Below are positions 21,506-32,370 of a stretch of DNA of 64,000 nt, one piece after another (within the stretch, counting starts at the first letter, position 1; each line of letters opens with the position of its first letter). The notes under the pieces were generated by a model. It did no database searches, was not told the origin of the DNA, and worked only from the letters and a program-made list of their open reading frames with translations. A program made the position numbers and the translations under genes. Origin of the DNA: Peptococcia bacterium. GTDB lineage: Bacteria > Bacillota > Peptococcia > Peptococcales > SKKY01. The stretch covers positions 446,938-510,937 of the forward strand of contig OZ245787.1 of the NCBI GenBank assembly GCA_965228015.1. The letters run 5' to 3'.

Positions 21506-22443
21506 TTATTTTAATAGAATTTTTTCTTTTACTTTATCGAATCTAAAACTTCCAACTATCTTTTCATCCCTGTTTTTTACGCATACTTCAAGAATTTTAA
21601 GATCAAAAAGAGCCTTTATTCCTTCAAGAACAGAATTATCATCATATATATAATTTTCATTATCATTTACACATTCAGATAAGACATCAGATATTTTTAT
21701 CTGGCTTAAATAAGAAGTAAAGTTTTTTAATCCTAAAAAGTCCTTAATAAAATCATTAGCTGGCTTGAGCAAAAAATCTTCTGGTGAACCGCTTTGCTCA
21801 ATCTTACCATTATTCATAATTACTATTCTGTCTCCAAGCTTAATTGCCTCATCAATATCATGAGTAACAAAAGCAATGGTTTTCTTTAGCCTTATTTGTA
21901 ATTGTTTTAATTCTTCCTGGAGATTTTTTCTTACAACTTCGTCTGCTGCACCAAAGGGTTCATCCATTAAGATTATTTCTGGATCAGCAGCTATAGCTCT
22001 GGCAACTCCAACCCTTTGTTTTTGTCCACCACTTAATTCTCCTGGATATCTGTCTAAAAATGAAATATCCATGCCAACCAAATTAATTAATTCTTCTGCT
22101 CCTATTCTTTTTTTATCTTCACTTATTTTTTGCAGATCCAACACATAACTGATATTTTGAGCTATAGTTAAATGAGGGAATAGTCCCGTTTGTTGTATAA
22201 CATATCCAATATTTCTTCTTAATTTTATGGGATCCCAATCTTTTTAAAGAATATCTTTTATATATACTTCACCTTTCTCAAAATCAATTAATGCGTTTAT
22301 TATTTTTAGAAGAGTAGTTTTCCCACACCCTGATGGTCCAAGGATTACTAAAAATTCTCCCTCAGAAATATTTAAATTTATATTATTAAGAATAACATTG
22401 TCACCATATTTTTTGTTAGATTCTTTATTTCGACAATATTCAT
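21506..22443 (-). pseudogene. OpuC-type osmoprotectant ABC transporter ATP-binding protein, two frameshifts near the 5' end
   Basis: MNIVEIKNLTKK / YGDNVILNNINLNISEGEFLVILGPSGCGKTT / ..LSGGQKQRVGVARA. The N-terminal third is spread over three frames; the C-terminal ORF is 21506-22144. Confidence 0.75.
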
Positions 22444-23325
22444 ATTAATCCTTTCTCTTTAAGAAAGTTTAAAGCAACTTTTTTTGGGTCTTTGTTCTCC
22501 TTGTCTACTTGATAATTTAAAAATATCATTTCTTCATCTGAAACAGTACCTTCAAGTTTTTGTAATATTCCTTCAAGCTCTGGATATTTTTCTAAAGTTT
22601 CATTTCTCACTAAAGTTGCTCCCTGGTAAGAAGGAAAAAGAATTTATTATCTTCTAAAACTTTCAAATTATACTCCAGTAACAGCCCATCTGTTGAAAAT
22701 GCATTTATTACATCTACTTTTTTACTTTTTATTGCATTATATTTTAAACTAATATCCATTTCTACTTCATTTTTAAAATCAAAACCATAAACTTCTTTCA
22801 AACCAGGCAATCCATCTTCTCTTTCATAGAAATCATATTCTGCTCCAAATATTAATTCATTGCTTTTCGAAGATAAGTCTGAATAGGTTTTAATGTTCAT
22901 TTCTTCTGCCAGATTTTTATCCATTGCCAGAGCAAAGGTATTGTTAAATCCATATGGCTCCATCCACTTTATATTATACTCTGAATTATATTTTTCCTTT
23001 ACCTCTGCGAATAATTCATCAGGATTATTAATTAAATCTTCTTTTAAAACAAAAAGCCATCCTGTACCTGAATATTCCGGATATATATCTATTTCACCAT
23101 TAATTATACCAGGATGTATATTAGCAGCACCTCCTCCAATTCCCATTTTTTTGTTCTACTACTATATCACTATCAGCTTCTATAAGTGCAGTAAGCATTT
23201 CCACCAAAATAAACTGTTCTGTCATCGGTTTTGAAGCTATAACAACTTTTTTCTTCTTTTCCGCACGAAGTAATTGTTAATAATAAAAGTAACACTAAAA
23301 ATAAACTTAAAACCTTTTTCATCAT
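22440..23325 (-). pseudogene. OpuC-type glycine betaine/choline/carnitine-binding lipoprotein, frameshifted
   Basis: MMKKVLSLFLVLLLLLTITSCG lipobox at the 5' end. The core ORF 22610-23146 carries DIYPEYSGTGW. The tail (PSYQGATLVRNETLEKYPELE) is in another frame. Confidence 0.7.
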
Positions 23326-23981
23326 ATTAACCCTCCTGAGTTACCATATATTTTTTTATTTATTTTCTTTTCTGCATATCCAAGAATCAGATCTGCAATT
23401 ATTGCCAATAACGCAACTAAAATACTTCCGGCAAAGGTCATTTCCGGGAAATTTATTGTTATAACTCTCCATATAGCTACACCTAATCCACCAGCTCCTA
23501 TAAAGGAAGCTATACCGGTAAAGGCCATTGTCATAATAACCATTGTTCGGAATCCGGAGATTATAAAAGGCAAAGCTAAAGGAAGCTGAATCTTAAATAA
23601 CAATTGTTTTTCAGTTGATCCCATCCCTCTTGCAGCTTCAATAATTTGAGAATCAACTTCTTTTATACCTGTGTATGCATTCCTAATCATAGGAAGAATG
23701 CCATAAAGCACTAAAGCAATCAGAGCAGACTTATTTCCTATTCCAGTCATGAAAACTAAAAATCCAAATAATGCTATAGAAGGGATTGTATAGAGGAAGT
23801 TTACTAAATTTAAGACCAAAGAAGATATTTTTTCATACTTTGTAATAAAAATACCCAGTGAAATGCCAATAATTGATATAATTATTATTGCTGTACCAGC
23901 TGAAAATATGTGTTCTAATATTAATTTAAAAAAAGTCACTTCTGGAAGTATACAGCTCCAATACTTTTTGAAAAAATTCAT
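23322..23981 (-). CDS. OpuC-type ABC transporter permease
   Basis: 219-aa intact multi-TM ORF with the EAA-type loop IIEAARGMGSTEKQLLFKIQLPLA. Confidence 0.8.
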   Translation of the reverse strand: MNFFKKYWSCILPEVTFFKLILEHIFSAGTAIIIISIIGISLGIFITKYEKISSLVLNLVNFLYTIPSIALFGFLVFMTGIGNKSALIALVLYGILPMIRNAYTGIKEVDSQIIEAARGMGSTEKQLLFKIQLPLALPFIISGFRTMVIMTMAFTGIASFIGAGGLGVAIWRVITINFPEMTFAGSILVALLAIIADLILGYAEKKINKKIYGNSGGLI

Positions 23982-24031
23982 AGTTTTACCTCCTTCATTG
24001 ACTTTACCTTTTTTTATAATTCTTTTAAACG

Positions 24032-24058
24032 AAAAAAAGGTGCATTAAATACACCTTT
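24032..24058 (-). terminator. intrinsic terminator after the opuA-like operon
   Basis: Minus strand AAAGGTG..CACCTTT stem followed by T7. Confidence 0.55.
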
Positions 24059-24076
24059 TAATTATGATTTTTTAAT

Positions 24077-24982
24077 TTATTTTTGTGGTTGTAATTCTTC
24101 AATAGAATCAATTGTTACATAACTTGGAACAACCCAACCAATTTTTGTTCCATCAAGGTTTACACCAAGATCAATAACATCATCTTTAATTGCATCAAGA
24201 TAATGACCATGAGTAGCTGGTAACCATGCTGCTACCATACCATCCGCATCACCAGAAGCAAGGCCTTGATACATTACACCTGCATCAACTTCAATTAATT
24301 CAACATCATATCCCATTTTTTCCTGAAGTACTGCTGTTACAACATTTGTACTGGCAATTTCAGAATCCCATGGTACATAAATTAATTTAACTGTTCCTTT
24401 TTCAGTTGCTGTTTCTTCTGGAATCCATTCTGCTACTTTATCAACATTTTCTTCAATCCAGGCTACTGCATTTGCATATTCATCTGCGGCTTCTTCAGAG
24501 TTAGAAACCATTAATGCAGCCATATCATCAGGAGTCCAGTTAAAATTGTCTAGCAATGCATAAACATCAGGCATATCTGTATCCAAACCTTTTCTTACCA
24601 GAGTATGAATTTGTTCATCTCCACTAAATACATTTTTAGGGTCTTCAAGATATTTCAGATCCCATTTAGCGAACTTCCAGTGAGGAGTCCAGCCAGTTAT
24701 AATAACCCATTCTTCATTAGCTATAGCATCTGCTAAAGTGGCTGTCATTGTTGCACTACTTCCATCCATCAACGTGTAATCAGTTAAACCATATACTTCA
24801 ATTGCTTCTTCAGAAGCAGACATTAAACCTGCACCTGGCTCAATTCCAATAACTCTTCCCTGAAACTTATCTACTACACTTTCTTCTGCTGGTGTTTCGG
24901 CTTTCTTTCCACCACAACCTGCTACTAGTAAACTCAATACTAAAAGAGTTGCAAGACCAATAATTGTTTTTTTGTTTTTCAT
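24077..24982 (-). CDS. opuAC: glycine betaine ABC transporter substrate-binding lipoprotein
   Basis: Lipobox LLVAGCGG. 301-aa intact ProX/OpuAC-type sequence (ITGWTPHWKF). Confidence 0.85.
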   Translation of the reverse strand: MKNKKTIIGLATLLVLSLLVAGCGGKKAETPAEESVVDKFQGRVIGIEPGAGLMSASEEAIEVYGLTDYTLMDGSSATMTATLADAIANEEWVIITGWTPHWKFAKWDLKYLEDPKNVFSGDEQIHTLVRKGLDTDMPDVYALLDNFNWTPDDMAALMVSNSEEAADEYANAVAWIEENVDKVAEWIPEETATEKGTVKLIYVPWDSEIASTNVVTAVLQEKMGYDVELIEVDAGVMYQGLASGDADGMVAAWLPATHGHYLDAIKDDVIDLGVNLDGTKIGWVVPSYVTIDSIEELQPQK

Positions 24983-25001
24983 CTGTTCTTTTCCTCCTTG
25001 A

Positions 25002-25835
25002 TTATTTGTATTTTTTTCCTATGTTTTGAGTAACCCTATCTAAGATAATTGCCAGAATTACTACTCCTAATCCTACTTCAAAACCCTTGCCTGGCTGGAA
25101 CCTTTGAATAGCCCGTAAAACTTCACCACCAAGTCCTCCGGCTCCAATCATTGCAGCAATTACCACCATTGACAAAGAAAGCATTATTGTCTGGTTAATT
25201 CCTGCCATAATTGTGGGTACTGCTATTGGTAACTGAACTTTTAAAAGCTTTTGCTTCCAGGTAGTACCAAATGCATCAGATGCTTCAATAAGTTCTCCAG
25301 GAACCTGACGAATGCCTAAGCTTGTAAGTCTTATTGCCGGAGGCATTCCAAATATAACTGTAGCAAAAACAGCTGACACTTTTCCAAGACCGAAAAAGGG
25401 TATAGCTGGTATTAGGTAAACGAAGGCAGGCATAGTCTGCATAAAATCCAGAATGGGCATTACTATTTTATTAGCTCTGTCATTTAGAGCAGCCAAAATA
25501 CCTAAAGGTAAGCCAATTCCAGCTGCAATAATAGTTGCAGCTAAAACTAAAGACAAAGTATTCATAGTAGCATCCCAAAGTCCAATATTCCAAATCAGCA
25601 GAAGTCCTGCCAAAGAAAGTACAGCAACACCTCTGTTTGTAATAAAATAGGTTAGTACTGCGATTAAAATTATCATTACAATAGGAGATAACAATAATAA
25701 TCCTGCTTCAAAATAATCTAATCCCACTTTTGTAATATCAGAAATTCCTTTAGTAATAAAAGAGAAATTATCTGTAAAAAAATTCAATATTGCATCAATA
25801 TATTTTGCTAATGGAAAAGTTGGTATAGCATTCAT
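25002..25835 (-). CDS. opuAB: glycine betaine ABC transporter permease
   Basis: Start ATG 25835 behind AAGGGGG. Multi-TM, with EASDAFGTTWKQKLLKVQLPIA. Confidence 0.85.
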   Translation of the reverse strand: MNAIPTFPLAKYIDAILNFFTDNFSFITKGISDITKVGLDYFEAGLLLLSPIVMIILIAVLTYFITNRGVAVLSLAGLLLIWNIGLWDATMNTLSLVLAATIIAAGIGLPLGILAALNDRANKIVMPILDFMQTMPAFVYLIPAIPFFGLGKVSAVFATVIFGMPPAIRLTSLGIRQVPGELIEASDAFGTTWKQKLLKVQLPIAVPTIMAGINQTIMLSLSMVVIAAMIGAGGLGGEVLRAIQRFQPGKGFEVGLGVVILAIILDRVTQNIGKKYK

Positions 25836-25836
25836 A

Positions 25837-27030
25837 TTATTTAACCCCCTTTCCTGCAAGCTTTGCTAAAATTGTACCTTTAATAATTATTCCAAGTAAT
25901 TTTTTGTTTTCATCTGCGACTACTATTGGATAAGTAGCTGTGGCTATCACCGGGAATATTTCATTAACGGGAGTATCTGGATCAATTTGAATTACATCCC
26001 TTTTTATAATATTTGTAATTTCCTTTACTCCATTTTCTGTAGCCTCAGCAGCATCTTCCGCCGAAATAATACCGTTTAAAGTACCATCGCGATTTACAAC
26101 AAATATACTGGAAATTCCTTCTTCTTCCATTTTTCTTAGAACTGTTCTTGGACCGTCTTTCGGATATGCAACATTTTTAACTTTTTTCATTACCCCGCTT
26201 GCAGTTAAGATTTTAGATGTGTTTACATCTTCAACAAATTTTTCAACATATTCATCTGCAGGGTTAGTAAGAATATCTTCAGGTGTTCCTTCTTGAACAA
26301 TTGCTCCATCTTTCATCAAAATGATTTTGTCTCCGAGTTTAAGTGCTTCATCAAGATCATGTGTAATAAAAATAATTGTTTTATTTACCCTGTTTTGTAG
26401 AGCAAGTAGTTCATCCTGCATTTCTTTTTTAATTAATGGATCCAAAGCACTAAATGCTTCATCCATTAAAAGAATATCAGGATCAACTGCTAAGGCTCTT
26501 GCAAGACCAACCCTTTGCTGCATTCCTCCGCTTAATTGTTCGGGGAAACTTTCTTCCCAGCCTTTCAATCCTACTAAATCTAATGCTTCCCTTGCCTTTT
26601 GCTCTCTTTCTGACTGTTCCATTCCCTGTATCTCGAGTCCAAACTCAACATTCTTTAATATTGTCCGGTGAGGGAAAAGAGCAAATCTTTGAAATACCAT
26701 TGCAAACTTTTTTCTTCTTAAATTTCTAAGCTCATCGGAATTCATTTTAGTAATATCATTGCCATCAATTATTACACTACCTGTTGTAGGTTCTATTAAT
26801 CTGTTAATTAATCTTACAAGAGTGGATTTACCACTACCTGAAAGACCCATAATTACTAAAAATTGTCCCTCTTCCACCTCAAAAGTGGCATTATTTACTC
26901 CCACTGCCTGGCCTGTTTTATCCATAATTTCATTTTTGGACATGCCTTTATTTAAAAGCTCCAAACCTTGCTCAGGTTTATTTCCAAAAATCTTTGTTAA
27001 ATTTTCAACTTTAATTTTTACTTCTCCCAT
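25837..27030 (-). CDS. opuAA: glycine betaine ABC transporter ATP-binding protein with tandem CBS domains
   Basis: Start ATG 27030 (MGEVKIKVENLTKIFG). Walker A GLSGSGKST, signature LSGGMQQRVGLARA and a C-terminal CBS pair. Confidence 0.9.
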   Translation of the reverse strand: MGEVKIKVENLTKIFGNKPEQGLELLNKGMSKNEIMDKTGQAVGVNNATFEVEEGQFLVIMGLSGSGKSTLVRLINRLIEPTTGSVIIDGNDITKMNSDELRNLRRKKFAMVFQRFALFPHRTILKNVEFGLEIQGMEQSEREQKAREALDLVGLKGWEESFPEQLSGGMQQRVGLARALAVDPDILLMDEAFSALDPLIKKEMQDELLALQNRVNKTIIFITHDLDEALKLGDKIILMKDGAIVQEGTPEDILTNPADEYVEKFVEDVNTSKILTASGVMKKVKNVAYPKDGPRTVLRKMEEEGISSIFVVNRDGTLNGIISAEDAAEATENGVKEITNIIKRDVIQIDPDTPVNEIFPVIATATYPIVVADENKKLLGIIIKGTILAKLAGKGVK

Positions 27031-27075
27031 ATGACACCTTCTTTCAAAATTGTTTTCATTTATGCGACAACAAAC

Positions 27076-27104
27076 ATTATAACACAAGTTGTCACTTTAT
27101 GCAA
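27076..27104 (-). promoter_or_regulatory. sigmaA promoter of the opuA-like operon
   Basis: Minus strand TTGCAT, a 17-nt spacer, then TGtTATAAT (extended -10). Confidence 0.55.
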
Positions 27105-27151
27105 AAAAACAAGACCCGCTATAGCTTATAACGGATCCATTTTTAAATAAA

Positions 27152-27623
27152 TTATAATAGTGTCACTTTGTTATTTTGTAATGATTTCTTTATATCAACA
27201 ACTCTTTGATTTGCAGATCCTCTAAACTTTAACGATATATCTTTTTCTTCAAGTATAAATTTGCCATCGACTAAAACGTCAATTTCTCTAAGTACTGGAA
27301 GATGAGAAATATCTTCAAATAAAAATCCGGTATAAACCCAGATATTTATATCCGGCTTCCTGCTTCTGATATATTTAATTACTTTTAACAATGGTTCATT
27401 TTGTAAAATTGGGTCTCCTCCACTAAATGTAATTCCAGAATGTATTGAATTAATTTTTTTAAAATTACTTTTGCTAACTGGATTTCATCAATTTCGATCC
27501 CTTCATCCAGGGGGAACAAATGAGGATTATGACAACCCTTACAATTCCATTTACAATCTTGTAAGAAAACAACCATTCTCATACCAGGACCGTCTACAAT
27601 AGAATCATTTAAAATATGCGCAT
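27152..27623 (-). pseudogene. nrdG: anaerobic ribonucleotide reductase activating protein NrdG (radical SAM), frameshifted, start codon unclear
   Basis: YAHILNDSIVDGPGMRMVVFLQDCKWNCKGCHNPH (ORF 27385-27582). The frame then changes into GITFSGGDPILQNEPLLKVIKYIR.. (ORF 27152-27391). No ATG is in frame with the conserved N-terminus. Confidence 0.7.
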
Positions 27624-27625
27624 AT

Positions 27626-29747
27626 CTAATCGTTTATTACACATCCATGTGCTTTACTCTGTTTTTTTCCCTCTGTTTTCTTTGCATCATTAAACATTTC
27701 AAGGGTAGATAAATAACCGGTAATTCTTCTGACTCTGCTTATTCTGCCTTTGTTTCCACATGCAGGACAGGTTTCAGAATCGATTACACCGTTAAATCCG
27801 CATTCATTACAAATATCTACTGGGAAATTAACAGCTGCATACCCCATATCTGCATCATACATTGCTTTTACAATTGACTCGAAAGCATCTATATTATGTT
27901 GCGGAGCACTTGGCAGTTCAACATAGGAAATATGCCCAGCATTACATAACTTGTGATATGGTCCTTCAATCTTTATTTTATCAAAAGCATTAATTTTAAA
28001 ATCAACAGGTACATGGAATGAATTGGTATACCAGTCTTTATCTGTAATTCCAGGAATTACTCCAAACATTTTTTATCTTTAGATGTAAATTTTCCACTTA
28101 ATCCTTTAGCTGGAGTAGCAAGAAGACTAAAATTCAAACTATATTTATCTGAAGCCTCATCACATTTTCTTCTTAAGTGGCTGATTATCGACAAGCCAAG
28201 AGCCTGAGATTCGGAACTTTCTCCATAATGCTTTCCTGTCAGGGCAATTAAAGTTTCTGCAAGGCCAATAAATCCAATTGATAAGGTTCCATGTTTAATA
28301 GCATCTTCAATTTTGTCGTCATTTTCCATATTTTCACTGCCAAGATACAGTTTTTGTCCCATTAAAAACGGGAAATCTTTTACTTTAAGATTCTTTTGTA
28401 TATCATAACGATGAAGAAGCTGTTCTGCTATTTTATCAAAAATTTCGTCCAAACTGTTCCAAAATACAGATAGATTTTTTCTGCTTTTATTCCAAGTCTT
28501 GGAAGATTTATAGTTGTAAAAGAAAGATTACCTCTTTTTTCCGTGATTTCAGGACCATTAACATTGCCAATAACTCTGGTACGGCATCCCATGTATGCAA
28601 TATCTTCTTCATAAGGAGAATTGAAAGAAGAATCCTGAAAAGAAAAATTCGGGAATAATCTTTTACAGGCAACCTCCATACTAAGTTTAAATAAATCATA
28701 GTTTGGATCTTCCGGCTCATAGTTAATTCCGTCTTTAATTTTAAAACAAATATTTGGGAATATTGGAGCTTCCCCTTTACCTAACCCTTTTGCATAGACT
28801 TTAAGAAGATTTTCGGCAATCATTCTTCCACCCCTGCTGATATCTGTTCCGATGTTAATTGAAGAAAAAGGAACTTGAGCTCCAGCCCGGCTGTGCATTG
28901 TATTTAAATTATAAATAAAACCTTCCATAGCCTGATAAGCTTCATCCTGGACTCTTGATTCTACCAGATTCTGAAGCTGTTCTTCAGTTATTACAACTCC
29001 CGCTTTTTCCATACTGTCTTTAATCATTCTTTTTTGACGCTCATATTCTTTCTCTACAAAAATTCCCATGTCTCTGTCAAAGTATGCATAGGATTGACCC
29101 CCATGCTGGTCATTTTGATTACTTTGAAGGATAATAGCTGCTAATGCAGCAGCAGTTTTTACTCCTTTTGGAGGTCTGATATATCCATGTCCATTGTTAA
29201 ATCCTTTTTCCATTAACTCAGATAGTGGAATTTGAAGGCAGGTCATAGTTTTTCCGTACCATGATAAATCACGGATATAAAAATCTCCATTTTGATGAGC
29301 TTCTGCTACTTTTTCCGGCAATGCTCTCTTTAAATAAAATTCCTTTGAAGCAACTTCAGAAATTTGAAGAACTTTCGCTGAAGTTGAATTCCCGACGTTT
29401 GCACTTTCTCTGCTGGTTTCAGTTAAAATTGTTGAAACTGCATCAAGCATTTCTGACCTTGCATCTCTAATATTAGTTCTTTTATCTCTGTATAGTATGT
29501 ATGCCTTTGCAGTTTTGGCATGACCTCTTTCAATTAACTCTTTCTCTACTGCATCTTGTACATCTTCAACAGTATATCTTTGATCTCCAAATTGATTTCT
29601 TAATCTCTTTATTACACCAAGCGTAATTTCCATAGCAGTTTCTCTGTTTTCTCCACCAACTGATTTCGCAGCTTCGAAAATTGCATCGGTTATCTTTCTT
29701 TCATCAAAAGGTACTTCTCGTCCATCTCTTTTTACTGTTAGGTCCAT
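27626..29747 (-). pseudogene. nrdD: anaerobic ribonucleoside-triphosphate reductase NrdD, two frameshifts
   Basis: ATP-cone start MDLTVKRDGREVPFDERKI at ATG 29747. Frame changes occur at the T6 runs 28475-28480 and 28069-28074. The C-terminus carries the Zn ribbon CNECG..CPACG and the glycyl-radical motif RRITGYL. Confidence 0.85.
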
Positions 29748-29827
29748 GTTATTTCCTCCGTCGTTGTATTTATAACTATAATTAGCGGTGAGTAACATTT
29801 TACTACCCTACATATAGTATGTTAACG

Positions 29828-29862
29828 AAAAAAGGGTAGCCTCACATTATATGAGACTACCC
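29828..29862 (-). terminator. intrinsic terminator after the 189-aa gene
   Basis: Minus strand GGGTAGTCTCAT-ATA-ATGTGAGGCTACCC (about 12-bp stem) followed by T6. Confidence 0.7.
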
Positions 29863-29902
29863 AAAATTTATTAATAAATCTTTCTTTATAAGGATGTTTC
29901 AA

Positions 29903-30472
29903 CTATTCTTCATTTTTCCAGGCATCTAATTTTTCCATAATTAAGTCATAGGTCCTTTGAGAAATACCAGGAAGTGTATTTCCAATAATTTCTTTCGCTT
30001 TTGCAAAACCTTCATCAATAGCTCCAATTAAAAGATCAAGCTTTCCTTTATCTTCACCTGAAATTGCTTTGGCAAACTCTACAATTCTGTCACTAACTGC
30101 TTCAGCACTAAATTCTCCACCTTCTGCAACAGCAGTTTGTGCTTCTGCTCTGGTTGTTTCATCTACTTCAACAGTTTTTCCTGCCTCAACATCACGGAAA
30201 GTCATTCCTTGACGGGCAAGCATTTCTTCTACCATTCTCTTTAGTGCTGAGAGTCTTTCATCACTTGCTTTTTTTAATTCTGCAATAACATTTTGATCAG
30301 GTTTTTTCACTCCTGGGTTTTCATAAGTTACTTTTTTGTCTGCATTTGAAGATGGAATGTATTCTACTTCTTTTTGAACTTTTTGATCAGGCTTCACTTC
30401 ATGTTCTGCCTTCTTGGAATTCTGCTGATTAATGTGCTGCTGAACGCCAGGTACATTAGGATTAATTTTCAT
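29903..30472 (-). CDS. hypothetical protein (Lys/Gln/Glu-rich N-terminal half, helical C-terminal half)
   Basis: 189-aa intact ORF with its own terminator. No motif I can assign. Confidence 0.5.
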   Translation of the reverse strand: MKINPNVPGVQQHINQQNSKKAEHEVKPDQKVQKEVEYIPSSNADKKVTYENPGVKKPDQNVIAELKKASDERLSALKRMVEEMLARQGMTFRDVEAGKTVEVDETTRAEAQTAVAEGGEFSAEAVSDRIVEFAKAISGEDKGKLDLLIGAIDEGFAKAKEIIGNTLPGISQRTYDLIMEKLDAWKNEE

Positions 30473-30542
30473 ATTAAACTCTCTCCTTCATTATAAACAT
30501 CCATTTTTATAATCTAAGAGTATTATTGGTACTTTTTATAAA

Positions 30543-31328
30543 TTACTTACTTTCACCCTTCAACATATCATAAATATGATTTATATATATTTGTCTGATC
30601 TTAGGATTTTCTCCTAATCCCTTCATATAAACCTCTATTTCAAAACCTTTGTCAGTAAGAATATTTTTCCATGAATCCTCTTCTTCTCCAGCCATATCAT
30701 TGATAGCATGATCCCCTGCTGTAAGCATAAAAGGCATTAATACTATTTTCTTATATGGTGATAATTTTTCCATGATATCATCAATTTCAGGATAGCCCTC
30801 AATATTTGCAATAAAAGTATTTGGTATCTCATCAAAGAGTTTTAACTGCAACGCTGCATAGCAGGAGTTGGCAGGGTGAGTGGCTCCATGGCCCATAAGA
30901 ACAGCTGCTTTTTCATTTTCAAAAGCTGGTATTTGATCTTTTAAAGCTTCAATTGCATTAAAATAATCTTCAGTAGCAAATAAAAGGGATTTTCCTATTT
31001 TTAATATTTCGAAACGATGATTATATTTCCTGGCTGGTTTAATTATTTTTTCGTGATATTCTTCTCCAGGAATAATATGCAGGGTTTGAACATAAACTTC
31101 TTTAAATCCTTCAGCTTCAAGCTTATCCAAAGCTTCTTCAAGAGAGTCTGTTTTAATTCCTTCTTTTTTCAATAATGCTTTTCTAACCATATTAGAAATA
31201 AAAACTCTTCTTATTTCAAAATCAGGAAATTCATTTGCAACCTGATCCTCTACCAGCTTAATACTCCTGTTTAATACTTCGATATAACTTGTTCCAAAAC
31301 TTGCCACGATAATTGCTTTTTTATTCAT
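30543..31328 (-). CDS. cbiK: sirohydrochlorin cobaltochelatase CbiK
   Basis: MNKKAIIVASFGTSY..LHIIPGEEY..LMGHGATHPAN..MLTAGDHA. 261 aa, intact. Confidence 0.8.
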   Translation of the reverse strand: MNKKAIIVASFGTSYIEVLNRSIKLVEDQVANEFPDFEIRRVFISNMVRKALLKKEGIKTDSLEEALDKLEAEGFKEVYVQTLHIIPGEEYHEKIIKPARKYNHRFEILKIGKSLLFATEDYFNAIEALKDQIPAFENEKAAVLMGHGATHPANSCYAALQLKLFDEIPNTFIANIEGYPEIDDIMEKLSPYKKIVLMPFMLTAGDHAINDMAGEEEDSWKNILTDKGFEIEVYMKGLGENPKIRQIYINHIYDMLKGESK

Positions 31329-31349
31329 TTTTTCCCTCCAAAAAATTAT

Positions 31350-31670
31350 TTATATAAATTGCAAAAGAGCCATAGCCGCCATTCCAGCTGCCAGGGTAAT
31401 TCTTGAGCTCTTTGTAATCGCTGCTGAAATAATAGCAGGTATTCCTGAGAGTAAATTTTTATTTTCTAAAGAAATATTTATTATTTCACCATTCCATTCT
31501 AACAACATTGGTATAACAAGAGCTGCAATAGTAGCTACAGGAACAAAGGTAAGCCATTCCTTTACTATTTCAGGTAAATCCATTTTGTTAAGAATTAATG
31601 CAGGAAAAAATCTTAAACTAAAATTTATGGCTCCTAAGGCAAGAATCAAAATAATTAATTTGTTTTCCAT
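31350..31670 (-). CDS. azlD: branched-chain amino acid transport protein AzlD
   Basis: 106-aa hydrophobic ORF overlapping the end of the azlC remnant. Confidence 0.7.
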   Translation of the reverse strand: MENKLIILILALGAINFSLRFFPALILNKMDLPEIVKEWLTFVPVATIAALVIPMLLEWNGEIINISLENKNLLSGIPAIISAAITKSSRITLAAGMAAMALLQFI

Positions 31671-32342
31671 CTTTTTAATACAACTCCTAATGATGCAGCT
31701 ATTAATGTAGCTAAAAGTATATTTGAATCTGTAAAACCAAGACTAATAAGAACCATTGATACTATACCGGCAAAAATCCCTGTTGTAACCATTAATCTGT
31801 TTTCCGCTGTCATAAAGAACAAGGCCATAAATATTGCAGGTAAAGCAAAATTTAAACCAAAGGTTTCCATATCAGGTATAAAACTACCCACATATACTCC
31901 AAGAATAGTACTGCATATCCAGGATAAGTGTGAAGTTACATTAAAGGCAAGCCAAAAAGCTGATTCAGGTTTATTTTCTTTAAAGTGTGTTGTAGATACA
32001 ACAAAAGTTTCATCAGTGATCCCCGCTATAATTATACCAACAAGCCAGGATGAAAATTTCTTTAAATGTAAAGACAAAGCCGCACTAAATAACAAGTAAC
32101 GGGAATTAACTAATAAAATTGTAATTAATATTGAAAAAACTTGCCCCTATTGTCATCATGGCTACTGTAATAAACTGTTCTGATCCGGAAAACAACAATA
32201 TTGACATTAAACCAACTTCAAAAGGATTCATGCCATAATTTTGAGCAATAACTCCAAAAGCTAAACCCAAGGGAAAATAACCAATACATATTGGGAATGA
32301 CTTTTTCATACCAAGGATTATTTCATTTTTCAAATTAATCAA
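31655..32342 (-). pseudogene. azlC: branched-chain amino acid permease AzlC, one frameshift
   Basis: ORF 32106-32342 (IGYFPLGLAFGVIAQNYGMNPFEVGLMSILLFSGSEQF) and ORF 31655-32095 are in different frames. Confidence 0.7.
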
Positions 32343-32370
32343 CCTTCTTATTTTTATATATCACTATATT

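Noticed and set aside
29804-29862. Palindromes upstream of nrdD (ACATATAGTATGT at 29810-29822 and CTCACATTATATGAG at 29841-29855, centres 32 bp apart), considered as tandem NrdR boxes.
   Set aside because: Position-by-position comparison with the NrdR consensus as I recall it (acaCwAtATaTwGtgt) gives only about half matches. The second palindrome is simply the top of the terminator hairpin of the upstream gene. It could be revisited with a genome-specific NrdR motif.
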